Notes: generated from the sequence alone by a model not told the origin. 47,832 nt of DNA from Thermoleophilaceae bacterium (GCA_036259395.1 DATABV010000015.1:1-47832); one strand, 5' to 3'. Counted from the stretch's first letter, positions 8,280 through 17,186 are shown. Program-made: numbers and translations.

Positions 8280-9203
8280 GTGACCTTCGTGCACGAGCAG
8301 GCGATCGTCGATACCTCGAGCCTCGGAGAGGGCAGCCGCGTCTGGGCCTTCGCCCACATCCTCGAGGGAGCGCGAATCGGACGCGACGCAAACGTCTGCG
8401 ACCACGTGTTCATCGAGAACGACGTAGTCCTCGGCGATCGCGTGACGGTCAAGAGCGGCGTGCAGCTATGGGACGGGGCGCGCGTCGAGGACGACGTGTT
8501 CATCGGGCCGAACGTCTCGTTCGTCAACGACCGATTTCCGCGCAGCAAGCAACACCCTGATCGCTTCCTGACCACCACCCTGCGCGATGGCTGCTCGATC
8601 GGGGCCGGAGCCACGATCCTCGGCGGCGTGACCGTCGGTACGGGCGCGATGGTCGGCGCCGGCGCCGTGGTGACCAGGGACGTGCCGCCGTTCGCCATCG
8701 TGACTGGGAACCCGGCTCGCATCCGCGGCTACGCGGGCGCCGATCGCGCCCCATTCGAGGATGCCGACCCTGGGAGCGCTTCGCCTGAGCCGGGAGCAGA
8801 TGTGGGTGGGGTCCGGCTGATCAGCCTGCACTCGGTGACGGACCTGCGCGGGAGCCTCTCGGTCGGGGAGGTGGGCGCCCAGCTTCCGTTCGTCCCGAAG
8901 CGCATCTTCTTCGTATACGACGTACCGACCGCCGAGGTGCGCGGCGAGCACGCACACCGCCGGTTGGAGCAGGTCCTGATCTGCGTGCGCGGCACTATCT
9001 CGGTCGTGGTGGACGATGGGCGGGCGCGCGCGGAGTACAAGCTCGACCGGCTCGATCGCGCACTGCACATACCCCCGAAGGTCTGGGCGATCCAGTACGC
9101 CTACTCGCGCGACGCCGTCCTGCTGGTGCTGGCATCCGAGGAGTACGACTCGGACGAGTACATCCGCGACTACGGCGAGTTCCGGCAGATCACCGCGAGC
9201 TGA
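8280..9203 (+). CDS. Bifunctional WxcM-like protein: hexapeptide N-acetyltransferase (FdtC/QdtC-like) fused to an FdtA/QdtA-type 3,4-ketoisomerase cupin domain
   Basis: GTG start, 307 aa. The N-terminal half carries LbH repeats (VHEQAIVD...[46 protein letters not shown]...[22 protein letters not shown]). The C-terminal half reads [10 protein letters not shown]...[15 protein letters not shown]...[19 protein letters not shown]..., typical of the FdtA/WxcM C-terminal domain. Confidence 0.85.
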   Translation: MTFVHEQAIVDTSSLGEGSRVWAFAHILEGARIGRDANVCDHVFIENDVVLGDRVTVKSGVQLWDGARVEDDVFIGPNVSFVNDRFPRSKQHPDRFLTTTLRDGCSIGAGATILGGVTVGTGAMVGAGAVVTRDVPPFAIVTGNPARIRGYAGADRAPFEDADPGSASPEPGADVGGVRLISLHSVTDLRGSLSVGEVGAQLPFVPKRIFFVYDVPTAEVRGEHAHRRLEQVLICVRGTISVVVDDGRARAEYKLDRLDRALHIPPKVWAIQYAYSRDAVLLVLASEEYDSDEYIRDYGEFRQITAS

Positions 9204-10131
9204 CCGAAGGGTCGACGACCTCCGAGACGATCGCCCCGGGCCGGCCCTTGACCGCCTCGTATGCGCGATACACGTAGGAGCCGATGATGCCGAGCCCGAG
9301 ACAGTTGAGGCCGGCGAAGAAGATCACGACCAGGATCGTCGGCGCATAGCCGGGCACGTCGATCGCACCCGTCAGTCGCAGCACTGCCACCAGCGCCGCT
9401 ATCACCGTCCCGAGCGCCAGCCCGACCAGGCCAGCCGCCCACAGCATGCGAACGGGCAGATCGGTGAAGGCGAACACGCTGTCGGAGAGGTAACGCAGCT
9501 TCTTGCGCAGCGTCCAGCCGCTCTTGCCGGGGCGGGGGCGCCGGTGATAGGGGATCAGCTCGCGCCGAAAGCCGACCCAGAACAGCTGCGCGACGAGCGA
9601 GGTGTTCTGGTCCTCGAGCGAGGTCAGGACGTCGCGAACCTGTGCCGTGCAGGCGAACACGTCGACCCCGTCCGGCGGTATGTCCGCCATCACGAAGCGC
9701 CGGTACAGGCGCCAGTAGAGGCTCGAGGCGCCGTCGCCGCGATCGTCCCGGCTGGCGCGCTCGCCGGCGACGATGTCCACCTCCCCGCTGGCCAGCCGCC
9801 TGAAGAACTCGATCACCAGCTCCGGCGGCTCCTGCAGGTCGGCCGCCATCACCGCGATGTACCGGCCGTCGGCGATCGCCATGCCGGTACGCAGGGCGGC
9901 GAACGACCCGAAGTTTCGCGCGTGCGACACGAGGCGCCACCTGAACGGCGCGGCGTCGAGCGCCGCGAGTAGCCGCTCACGCGAGTCGTCGGGGCTGCCG
10001 TCGATGACGAACACGGCCTCGAAGCCGTCCACCACCTGCTCGGCGATGTCACCGACGGCCGTCACGAGCGCGTCGATCATTGCGGCGTTGCGATAGATCG
10101 GCACGACCAGCGAGTTCGCCGGAGCACTCAC
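9190..10131 (-). CDS. Membrane-anchored family 2 glycosyltransferase, GtrB/ArnC/DPM1-like polyprenyl-phosphate sugar synthase
   Basis: GTG 10131 lies inside the 653-aa track ORF and overlaps the upstream stop as GTGA. Motifs: [12 protein letters not shown]...[11 protein letters not shown]...[13 protein letters not shown]. Two C-terminal TM helices follow ([44 protein letters not shown]). Confidence 0.85.
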   Translation of the reverse strand: MSAPANSLVVPIYRNAAMIDALVTAVGDIAEQVVDGFEAVFVIDGSPDDSRERLLAALDAAPFRWRLVSHARNFGSFAALRTGMAIADGRYIAVMAADLQEPPELVIEFFRRLASGEVDIVAGERASRDDRGDGASSLYWRLYRRFVMADIPPDGVDVFACTAQVRDVLTSLEDQNTSLVAQLFWVGFRRELIPYHRRPRPGKSGWTLRKKLRYLSDSVFAFTDLPVRMLWAAGLVGLALGTVIAALVAVLRLTGAIDVPGYAPTILVVIFFAGLNCLGLGIIGSYVYRAYEAVKGRPGAIVSEVVDPSVSSR

Positions 10132-11258
10132 GCGGCCAGGCTCCCGCAGGCATCGATCACGCGCTCGACGTCCGCGTCGGCGAGGTGGGGATGCAGCGGC
10201 AGCGACAGCTCGCGCTCGGCCAGACGGCGTGCCGTGGGAAGCGCTGTGGCCGTCGATCCGGTTCCCGCGCAGGCGGGTTGGTCGGGGCAGAGGACCGGAT
10301 AGTGGCGCCCGACCGACACGCCGGCGGCCTCGAGCGCCTCCGCATGCCGCTCGGCCTCGCCCTCGATCACCTCGACCGGGAACAGGTGGTTCGCCGATGT
10401 TCCGCCGGTGGGACGCACCGCGCTCAGGACAGGCGAGTCCTGCAACGCCTCGACGTAGCGCTCGGCGACCTCGGCTCGGCGACGCAGCCAGCCGTCGAGG
10501 CGGGGCAGCAGCGCCGAGCGCAGGACCGCGGCGTGCAGCTCGTCGAGCCTGCTGTTCAAGCCGGGCTCGACGTGGCGGTAGCGCTCGGACTGGCCGTAGT
10601 TGCGCAAGCGCCGCGCCCGCTCTGCGAGCTCGGCGTCGTCGGTCAGCAGGACGCCGCCGTCGCCCATCGCACCCAGGTTCTTGGTCGGGTAGAGGCTCGT
10701 GGCCGCTGCCACGCCGGCGCGCCCGGTGGGCGCTCCGGCACGGGCCGCGCCCGCGCTCTGCGCGCAATCCTCGACCACGACGACCGCGTGACGCTCGGCC
10801 ATGGCGCGCAGCGCGGCCGGATCGAGCGGGTGCCCATAGAGATGGACGGGCACGACAGCCCGGATCGACGGATCGGCCGCCAGCACCTCGTCGGCCGCCG
10901 CGAGGTCCATCGATCCCGACTCGTCGACGTCCGACCAGATCGGCACGGCGCCGGCTCTCATGATCGCCAAGGTGGTCGCGAACGCCGTCAACGGCGTGGT
11001 CAGCACCCGGTCGCCCGGACCGATCCCAAGGCAACGCAGGGCTATCTCGATCGCATCGAGTCCGCTCGCCACCCCGACCGCGTGCTCGACGCCCCACCAG
11101 GCGCCCAGCTCGCGCTCGAACGCCTCGACCTCGGCACCCAGCACGAGCCAACCGCTGCTGCCGACCCGATCGATCGCCGCAAGCGCGTCCTCGCGAACCT
11201 CATCCCACTGAGCCGCGAAGTCGTTCGCGAGGATCGTGTCCGGACGGACCGTGCTCAT
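10128..11258 (-). CDS. DegT-family sugar aminotransferase (FdtB/QdtB/WxcK-like candidate)
   Basis: ATG 11258 lies inside the 452-aa track ORF and overlaps the GtrA stop as ATGA. Motifs: VGVASGLDAIEIAL, VPVHLYGHP, ATSLYPTKNLGAMGDGG (Lys), NSRLDELHAAVL, LSLPLHPHL. Confidence 0.9.
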   Translation of the reverse strand: MSTVRPDTILANDFAAQWDEVREDALAAIDRVGSSGWLVLGAEVEAFERELGAWWGVEHAVGVASGLDAIEIALRCLGIGPGDRVLTTPLTAFATTLAIMRAGAVPIWSDVDESGSMDLAAADEVLAADPSIRAVVPVHLYGHPLDPAALRAMAERHAVVVVEDCAQSAGAARAGAPTGRAGVAAATSLYPTKNLGAMGDGGVLLTDDAELAERARRLRNYGQSERYRHVEPGLNSRLDELHAAVLRSALLPRLDGWLRRRAEVAERYVEALQDSPVLSAVRPTGGTSANHLFPVEVIEGEAERHAEALEAAGVSVGRHYPVLCPDQPACAGTGSTATALPTARRLAERELSLPLHPHLADADVERVIDACGSLAA

Positions 11259-11737
11259 CGAGCCGTCTCGGCCCCCGATTGCGCGAACGAGAAGAACTTG
11301 CTGCCGAGGAAACCAACGGGAGTGGCGATGACGACGGCGAGGGCCTGAGCGGGCACCGCCGCCAGCCCGCCGACTCCGTGCAGCAGATACAGCGCCACGT
11401 AGTTCACGATCAGAGACGCCGCCGCCACGACGGTGAAGCGACCCAGCTCCCGGTGGACGGCCCGGCCGCTGCGCGGGAACGACCAATGGCGGTTGAGAGT
11501 GAAGTTGAACAGGCCGTTCGCGACGAAGACGGGTGGCACGGCGGCGTAGGCCGACACCCCGAGCGCGATCTCGCCGGCATAGAGCGCCATCGCCAACACA
11601 TACCCGCAGCCGCCGACCACGACGAAACGCAGCATCTCCTCCCGGTGGTCGCGAGGCGGGCGCAGGACGTTTCGCTGGAGCCAGTCGCGCATTCGTGGCT
11701 CCAGACCGTATCGAGCCCTCACGGACGTCAGCGTCAT
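11255..11737 (-). CDS. GtrA-family small membrane protein (polyprenyl-P-sugar translocation candidate)
   Basis: ATG 11737 overlaps the upstream stop as ATGA; ATG 11692 is an alternative start. Motifs: RFVVVGGCGYVLAMALY, FNFTLNRHWSF, four hydrophobic helices. Confidence 0.85.
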   Translation of the reverse strand: MTLTSVRARYGLEPRMRDWLQRNVLRPPRDHREEMLRFVVVGGCGYVLAMALYAGEIALGVSAYAAVPPVFVANGLFNFTLNRHWSFPRSGRAVHRELGRFTVVAAASLIVNYVALYLLHGVGGLAAVPAQALAVVIATPVGFLGSKFFSFAQSGAETAR

Positions 11738-12174
11738 ACGAAGCGCAGTTGCTCCGTAGTGCTTCCGACGACGTGGAGGACTACCGCCATATACAGAGCG
11801 AACGCAACCGCCAGGCCAGCCACCGTGACAGACCGCTGACGAGCGGTGGCGCGCGGCGCGAGCGGGTTTGGCCAGCCGGGGGCGAGGGCGAGCAGGTAGG
11901 CGAGCACGTACGCCGGGAGCAGGAAGCGCGTCTCGACCGCGGACGGCAGGGACGCCGCGCCGCACAGGAGCAGGCCGACCGGGTAGCGCCACCGGGATGG
12001 TCCGAGGCTGCGTCGCGCCGCCGGCCAGGCCACGCGAGCCAATGCGAGGAAGACGAGCAGGAAGCCGAGCACGCGCATCCAGCGCTGGGAGCCTGTGTCG
12101 ACCTGCTCAATGTATGGAGTCTCGTAGCGCTGATCGAAACCGTTTATGACATGCCGCGCGAAGAGGCCCGCCAT
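11734..12174 (-). CDS. C-terminal part of a polytopic membrane protein (GT-C-like), in a different frame from the upstream part
   Basis: ATG 12174. Translation reads MAGLFARHVINGFDQRYETPYIEQVDTGSQRWMRVLGFLLVFLAL..., with 3-4 TM helices. GC3 bias switches to this frame at about 12174-12180. It is either a separate 146-aa gene overlapping its neighbour by 31 nt or the frameshifted tail of 12144-13106. Confidence 0.5.
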   Translation of the reverse strand: MAGLFARHVINGFDQRYETPYIEQVDTGSQRWMRVLGFLLVFLALARVAWPAARRSLGPSRWRYPVGLLLCGAASLPSAVETRFLLPAYVLAYLLALAPGWPNPLAPRATARQRSVTVAGLAVAFALYMAVVLHVVGSTTEQLRFV

Positions 12175-13106
12175 ATGATCGGATGGCTGACGACGATGCG
12201 GGCGTACTCCCCGGCGTCGTCGACGACGGCGTCGTCGCGGCTCTGAAGGATCCGCTGGCCGGTCGGATCGAAGTACATCATCCGGCCGCCCGGACGGTCG
12301 CTGCCGACGAAGGTCTCGTAGCGCTGCAGTGTCAGCCCGGCGGTGAACTGGAGGCTCGACAGGTCGGCGACGGCACCGGGCACGAAGCTCGAGCTGTCGT
12401 GATGGCGGTCGGTCGCCAGCGACTGGGGCAACGAGATCGCCGCAAATCCGACGAGCAGCGCGGCCACGCCGAGCAACCCCCGGGCGGTTGAACGACGTGG
12501 CGCGGCGCGCGCCTTCCACCAGGCAATCGCGAGGAGCCCGACAACGGCCGGGACTACGAGGATGTACGCCGGCCGCATGTTGATCGCCGCCGCGCTCGAG
12601 GCTCCCGCTACAAGCATCCAGCCGGGCGCCTCGGCGCGCCCCACCGCGACCAGCGCGAGCATCACGGCAGCTAGGGCGGGGAAGTCGCTGAGCGGAAAGC
12701 TCATGTACGAGCGCCAGAAGACGAGCACCAGCGCGGCCAGCCCGAGCCGGCGCCAGAACCCCCAAGTCAGCTCCGGCCATGCGAGGCGGGCGAGGCTGGG
12801 CGCCAGAACGGTCGAGATCGCCGCGACGATCGCGGCGTTGAAGATCTTCACGACCGACGACGGGCTCCAGGTCAGCCCGTCCGCGACTCCGGCTAGGCCG
12901 TGGTAGATCAGCGCCAGGAGGTAGCCGCGCAGCGGGCTGTCGAAGTTCAGCAGCGAGAAGTCGCCGTCGACGACGAAGCTGTCTCCAAGCTCCCAGTAGT
13001 GCCCGGCGTCGTAGTAGAACGGCTTCTCGCCATGGAGCAGGGCGATCGTCAACGCGGCGGCAAAGGCCACGCCGAAGGCCGCGACGGCGGGCGTTCGCAG
13101 GTACAT
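12144..13106 (-). CDS. Polytopic membrane protein, GT-C-like candidate (N-terminal part)
   Basis: ATG 13106 was chosen (MYLRTPAVAAFGVAFAAALTIALLHGEKPFYYDAGHYWELGD...). The first extracytoplasmic loop is acidic and aromatic (YYDAGHYWELGDSF), followed by about 8 hydrophobic helices. The last 9 codons before TAA (IWRASSRGMS) lose GC3 bias. Confidence 0.55.
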   Translation of the reverse strand: MYLRTPAVAAFGVAFAAALTIALLHGEKPFYYDAGHYWELGDSFVVDGDFSLLNFDSPLRGYLLALIYHGLAGVADGLTWSPSSVVKIFNAAIVAAISTVLAPSLARLAWPELTWGFWRRLGLAALVLVFWRSYMSFPLSDFPALAAVMLALVAVGRAEAPGWMLVAGASSAAAINMRPAYILVVPAVVGLLAIAWWKARAAPRRSTARGLLGVAALLVGFAAISLPQSLATDRHHDSSSFVPGAVADLSSLQFTAGLTLQRYETFVGSDRPGGRMMYFDPTGQRILQSRDDAVVDDAGEYARIVVSHPIIWRASSRGMS

Positions 13107-13125
13107 CGAGGCGGGCACGATATCG

Positions 13126-14859
13126 ATGGCCGCCACTACACTCACCCGTTTGCCGACGCGCACCCCCCCATCGCGCCCCCACACGGCCGCTTCTCGGCCC
13201 GTCGCACCGCCGCTGGCGCGCCTTCGCGCCCGCGCTGGCGACTCGAAGCACCTGCCGGTCGCCCAGACGGCGATCGTCGCGCTGCTGCTCGGGCTGATCG
13301 CCACGGTCGTCTACGGGCCGCACGCGATCCACGGCGGCTTTCTGTCGGACGCTTGGGCGGCGCGAACGCTGTACGAGTTCGCGCCGCAGGACGACTTCCT
13401 CGGCCGCCTGGGACACCTGCTGAGTCAGCCGAACGTGAGCCCGCGACCGTTGCAGGGCGTCTACGTCGCGGTTCAGAACGCCGTGTTCGGGCCGCACATG
13501 GGGCTTTGGCTGACCTGGCAGGGGGCGATGAGCGTGGTGATGTCGCTGGTCCTGTACCTACTGCTGCGTGAGCTGCGGTTCAGTTGGCAGGACGCGGGAG
13601 CAATTGCGGTGCTGGTGCTGATCTTCCCGGCCGCGAGCTCGATCAGGCTCTGGACGGCGCCGATGAGCGCTCTGACGATCTCGCTGGCGCTGCTCGGCTT
13701 CCTGCTGGCGCTCCGGGCCTTCCGCCGCGACGGCGCTCGGCGCATCGCGCTGCACGGGCTGTCGCTGGCTGTGTTCGCCGCCAGCCTGCTGCTCTACGAG
13801 GTGGCGCTCTCGGCGATGCTGGCGTCCGTGCTGGTGTACCGGCTGTGCGTGCCATGGCGTGCAGCAGGGGCGCGCTGGCTCGTCGACGTCGTGGTGCTCG
13901 TCCCGCTCGCGGCCCTGGTCACTCGCTCGGAGTCGTCCTCGTGGGAGGCCCAGACCTTCGACGGGATGTGGCGCCACGCGACCGTCTTCTGGGATGAGGC
14001 GCAGACGCTGCTCACCTCGGTGGTGCTGCCCTTCGGGACCGACCGCTGGTACGCCCTGGCTCTGATAGCGCTGATCCCGGCGATCGCGGTGCTCCTGGCA
14101 CGCCAGCTCCCGTCGTCCGATCCAGCCCGCGCCGATCTGCGTCGCTGGCTCTTGACCGTCCTGGCCGGACTGGCGATCGTCGCGCTCGGCTACGCGATGT
14201 TTGTGCCCGCGATGGACTACTACACGCCGCTCCGACCCGGGATCGCGAACCGCATCAACGCCGTTCCCAGCATCGGGTGGGTGCTCGTCCTCTACGGCTT
14301 GGCGATGCTCGCCGCCACGATCGCGTTCCGCGGTCAGCGCCAACGGCGACTCGGGGCATCTGCGCTTGCGCTGGTCGCCTGCGCCATAGTCGCCGCCAGT
14401 TGGCTGGAGAGCATCGACAGGGAGGCCGAGGCATACATGCGCGCGTACTCGGAGGGTGAGCGCGTTCTGCAAACCGTGGAGACACTGCTGCCCGACCCTC
14501 CACCGCACAGCGTGATCTGGACCTTCGGTCAGCCCGTCGAGATCGCGCCGGGCATTCCGGTGTTCGGCAACACGTGGGACATGACCGGCAGCGTTCAGCT
14601 TATGTACGACGACCCGACGATCACCAGCTACGTCGGGCATCCGGGAACGACCTTCGACTGCGAGCGCGAGCGAATCGTCGCCGGCGGGCCGGCCTACCTG
14701 GTCCCGAGCTCGCCGGGTGCCCAGCCGCTGTCGTCGCCGTACGGCCCGACCTACTTCGTCGACACCGTCGACGGCCGCTTGCAGCGGATTCGCAGCCGTG
14801 CAGAGTGTCGCCGCGCACGGGTCTCGTTCGAGCTGTCGCCGGCGCTCGCGCCGGCCTGA
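13126..14859 (+). CDS. Large polytopic membrane protein with a C-terminal soluble domain (GT-C-like or polymerase candidate, family unknown)
   Basis: 577 aa. ATG 13126 is the only canonical start upstream of the first TM helix. There are about 11 hydrophobic helices, then a roughly 150-aa hydrophilic tail (EAYMRAYSEGERVL...TWDMTGSVQLMYDD...). Confidence 0.6.
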   Translation: MAATTLTRLPTRTPPSRPHTAASRPVAPPLARLRARAGDSKHLPVAQTAIVALLLGLIATVVYGPHAIHGGFLSDAWAARTLYEFAPQDDFLGRLGHLLSQPNVSPRPLQGVYVAVQNAVFGPHMGLWLTWQGAMSVVMSLVLYLLLRELRFSWQDAGAIAVLVLIFPAASSIRLWTAPMSALTISLALLGFLLALRAFRRDGARRIALHGLSLAVFAASLLLYEVALSAMLASVLVYRLCVPWRAAGARWLVDVVVLVPLAALVTRSESSSWEAQTFDGMWRHATVFWDEAQTLLTSVVLPFGTDRWYALALIALIPAIAVLLARQLPSSDPARADLRRWLLTVLAGLAIVALGYAMFVPAMDYYTPLRPGIANRINAVPSIGWVLVLYGLAMLAATIAFRGQRQRRLGASALALVACAIVAASWLESIDREAEAYMRAYSEGERVLQTVETLLPDPPPHSVIWTFGQPVEIAPGIPVFGNTWDMTGSVQLMYDDPTITSYVGHPGTTFDCERERIVAGGPAYLVPSSPGAQPLSSPYGPTYFVDTVDGRLQRIRSRAECRRARVSFELSPALAPA

Positions 14860-14862
14860 CCG

Positions 14863-15867
14863 CTACCTCAAGCCGCGGCTGAGGCGGCGCTTGATTCGCC
14901 GCACCGGCTCGGTCATGCGCCAGGTCAGCGAGCCCTCGAGGGCATTCAGTCGCGAAAGCAGCTGCCGGTTCTCCTCGAGCTGCTCCTGCACCCGGCTCTG
15001 CATGAGCGGGATCTGCGCGAGCGCCTGCTCGGCGTCCAGCAGGGCGCGGCTCGTGTCCTGAAGCCGCTCCGTGGCCGACTGCTCAGCGGCAGTCGCGCGC
15101 GCGACGCTGCGGTGTGCCTCGGCTTCAACGCTCTGGACGTGATCGGCCCACCAACTGACCTCGAACGCGTCCCCGAGCGCGACCACGCTCTCGAGCGGGG
15201 GCAGCGGAGCATCGCTGGCCGCGACGATGCCGTACGTCTCGCCGCCGCCGTCGAGTGCCGTCGTGGCTCTTACGTGCGCGGAGATATCCCCGTCGGGTCC
15301 GCCGTGACCGTTCGCGCGCTCGATCCGCGTCGCCAGCCACGGGTGCTGGCGATACGCGTCGACGTTGGCAAACAGCTCGCCGACTGCCGCGGCGAGCTCG
15401 TCGGGCCGGTACTCGTGGACGTGGTGCTCGTTGCCGGACGGGTAGACGTCCGGATTCGGTGACGAGACGAGCAGCACGCCGCCCGGCCGCAGTACGCGGT
15501 GAAGCTCGCCGAGCGTTCGCGCCCCGTCGGCCACGTGCTCGATCGCCTCGAAGCAGACAACGACATCGAAGGACGCGTCGCCGAACGGCAGGTCGAGCAG
15601 GTCGCCACGGGTCACGGCGCTGGGATCGCCAAACCGTTCGCCTGCCTCAGCCACCGCATCGGGATCAATGTCGACGCCCGACACGCTGGCCGCCCCGCCG
15701 CTCGCAAGAAGCGCCATCCCGTAGCCGGTCCCGCAGCCGGCGTCCAAGACGTCCTTGTCGCGGACTGCCTGCGCGGCCCACCAGTAGCGGCCGCGGTGCT
15801 CAGTGTCGATCAGCGTGCCCTGCTGGTCCCGAGGGTCGAAGCGCTCGGGATGTACCGCCTGCTCCAT
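14863..15867 (-). CDS. SAM-dependent methyltransferase (Methyltransf_11-like) with a roughly 100-aa C-terminal coiled-coil-like extension
   Basis: 334 aa. Motifs: VLDAGCGTGYG (motif I), DVVVCFEAIEHV, LRPGGVLLVSSP. The C-terminus reads AEAHRSVARATAAEQSATERLQDTSRALLDAEQALAQIPLMQSRVQEQLEENRQLLSRLNALEGSLTWRMTEPVRRIKRRL. Confidence 0.85.
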   Translation of the reverse strand: MEQAVHPERFDPRDQQGTLIDTEHRGRYWWAAQAVRDKDVLDAGCGTGYGMALLASGGAASVSGVDIDPDAVAEAGERFGDPSAVTRGDLLDLPFGDASFDVVVCFEAIEHVADGARTLGELHRVLRPGGVLLVSSPNPDVYPSGNEHHVHEYRPDELAAAVGELFANVDAYRQHPWLATRIERANGHGGPDGDISAHVRATTALDGGGETYGIVAASDAPLPPLESVVALGDAFEVSWWADHVQSVEAEAHRSVARATAAEQSATERLQDTSRALLDAEQALAQIPLMQSRVQEQLEENRQLLSRLNALEGSLTWRMTEPVRRIKRRLSRGLR

Positions 15868-15874
15868 TGACGCG

Positions 15875-15880
15875 ATCGTA
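15875..15880 (-). promoter_or_regulatory. -10-like box TACGAT, 7 nt upstream of ATG 15867
   Basis: The minus strand reads TACGATcgcgtcaATG, with no SD sequence. Confidence 0.4.
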
Positions 15881-15902
15881 CTGAGTCGGGCCTGCCGCGC
15901 GG

Positions 15903-17186
15903 ATGCCGCTGGTACCGTTCGCGCACTTGTCCGCCACCGTCCAACAGCCGGCGGCCTCAGGCATGCTGAGCGCGGCGACTGAGCCTCCGGCCGTCTCCGT
16001 CGGCTCCGTCTCGAAGAGCTTCCGGCTCCCCCACGAGCAGTACTCGACGCTCAAGCAGCGCGTGCTGCACCCGCGCCGCTCGCGCACGTTCAGCGAGTTG
16101 CACGCGCTAGAGGACGTCAGCTTCGAGATCGCACAGGGCGAGTTCTTCGGCATCGTCGGTCGCAACGGCAGCGGCAAGAGCACGCTGTTGAAGTGCCTCG
16201 CCGGGATCTACGGGGTCGACAGCGGGCGGATCGACGTGCGTGGTCGCCTGTCGCCCTTCATCGAGCTGGGCGTCGGCTTCCATCCCGAGCTCTCGGCGCG
16301 TGACAACGTCGTGATCAACGCGATCATGCTCGGGCTGACGCGCAAGCAGGCGCTCGACCGCTTCGACGAGATCATCGCCTTCGCCGAGCTCGAGGAGTTC
16401 GTCGACCTCAAGCTGAAGAACTACTCGTCGGGGATGAGCGTGCGGCTCGGCTTCGCGGTCGCGATCCAGGTCGACGCCGACGTCCTGCTCGTCGACGAGG
16501 TGCTCGCGGTCGGCGACGCGTCGTTCCAGCAGAAGTGCTTCGACCAGTTCGACCGGCTGAAGGCCGAGGGGCGGACGATCGTCTTCGTCACTCACGACAT
16601 GGACTCCGTGCGGCGCTTCTGCGACCGGGCGATGCTGCTCGAGCGCGGCAACCCGGTCGCAATCGGCGAGCCGGACGGGATCGCGGCCAAGTACGCGGAG
16701 ATCAACTTCGGCGTCGTCGGCGAGGACGGTGCGGGCGGCGGCACGGGACTCCCCCGAGCGCGAATCGCGCGCGCCTGGTGCGAGACAGCAGACGGATCCG
16801 CCGCGGAGACGGCGCGCGACACCTTCACCGCCGGACGTGGCGAGCCCTGCGCTGCCTGCATGGAGATCGAGTTCAGCGATCCCGTCGAGGACCCCGTCTT
16901 CACGATCGCCTTCCGCAACGACGTTCGCCACACGATCTACGTCGCTCGCAGCGACCTCGACGGACCGACGGGTTCGTTCCAAGCCGGTCAGCGCGCGACG
17001 ATCCGGTTCCGGTTCCCGAACTGGCTCGCGCACAGCACGTACACGCTCACGCCCGCCGTCATGACCAGCGACGGAAGGATCGCGCTCGACCAGCGCATCG
17101 ACGCGCTCACGCTGCTCGTCGACACCAACCGTGTGACCGGTGGCGTCGCCGATCTGCCGACCGAGGTCGAGGTCGAGCGCTCGTGA
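15903..17186 (+). CDS. wzt: Polysaccharide ABC exporter ATP-binding protein Wzt with a C-terminal glycan-binding-type extension
   Basis: Motifs: Walker A GRNGSGKSTLLK, signature YSSGMSVRL, Walker B DVLLVDEVLAVGD, H-loop VFVTHD. The extra roughly 150-aa C-terminus (ARAWCETADG...FTIAFRNDVRHTIYVARSD...IRFRFPNWLAHSTYTLTPAV) resembles the Wzt_C beta-sandwich. The start is uncertain: ATG 15903, TTG 15927 (TACCGT box 8 nt upstream) or ATG 15963. Confidence 0.9.
   Translation: MPLVPFAHLSATVQQPAASGMLSAATEPPAVSVGSVSKSFRLPHEQYSTLKQRVLHPRRSRTFSELHALEDVSFEIAQGEFFGIVGRNGSGKSTLLKCLAGIYGVDSGRIDVRGRLSPFIELGVGFHPELSARDNVVINAIMLGLTRKQALDRFDEIIAFAELEEFVDLKLKNYSSGMSVRLGFAVAIQVDADVLLVDEVLAVGDASFQQKCFDQFDRLKAEGRTIVFVTHDMDSVRRFCDRAMLLERGNPVAIGEPDGIAAKYAEINFGVVGEDGAGGGTGLPRARIARAWCETADGSAAETARDTFTAGRGEPCAACMEIEFSDPVEDPVFTIAFRNDVRHTIYVARSDLDGPTGSFQAGQRATIRFRFPNWLAHSTYTLTPAVMTSDGRIALDQRIDALTLLVDTNRVTGGVADLPTEVEVERS

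Noticed and set aside
12172-12177. The CATATG palindrome at the frame-switch site as a functional element
   Set aside because: A 6-bp palindrome is expected by chance. It matters only because it contains the candidate ATG of the second frame.
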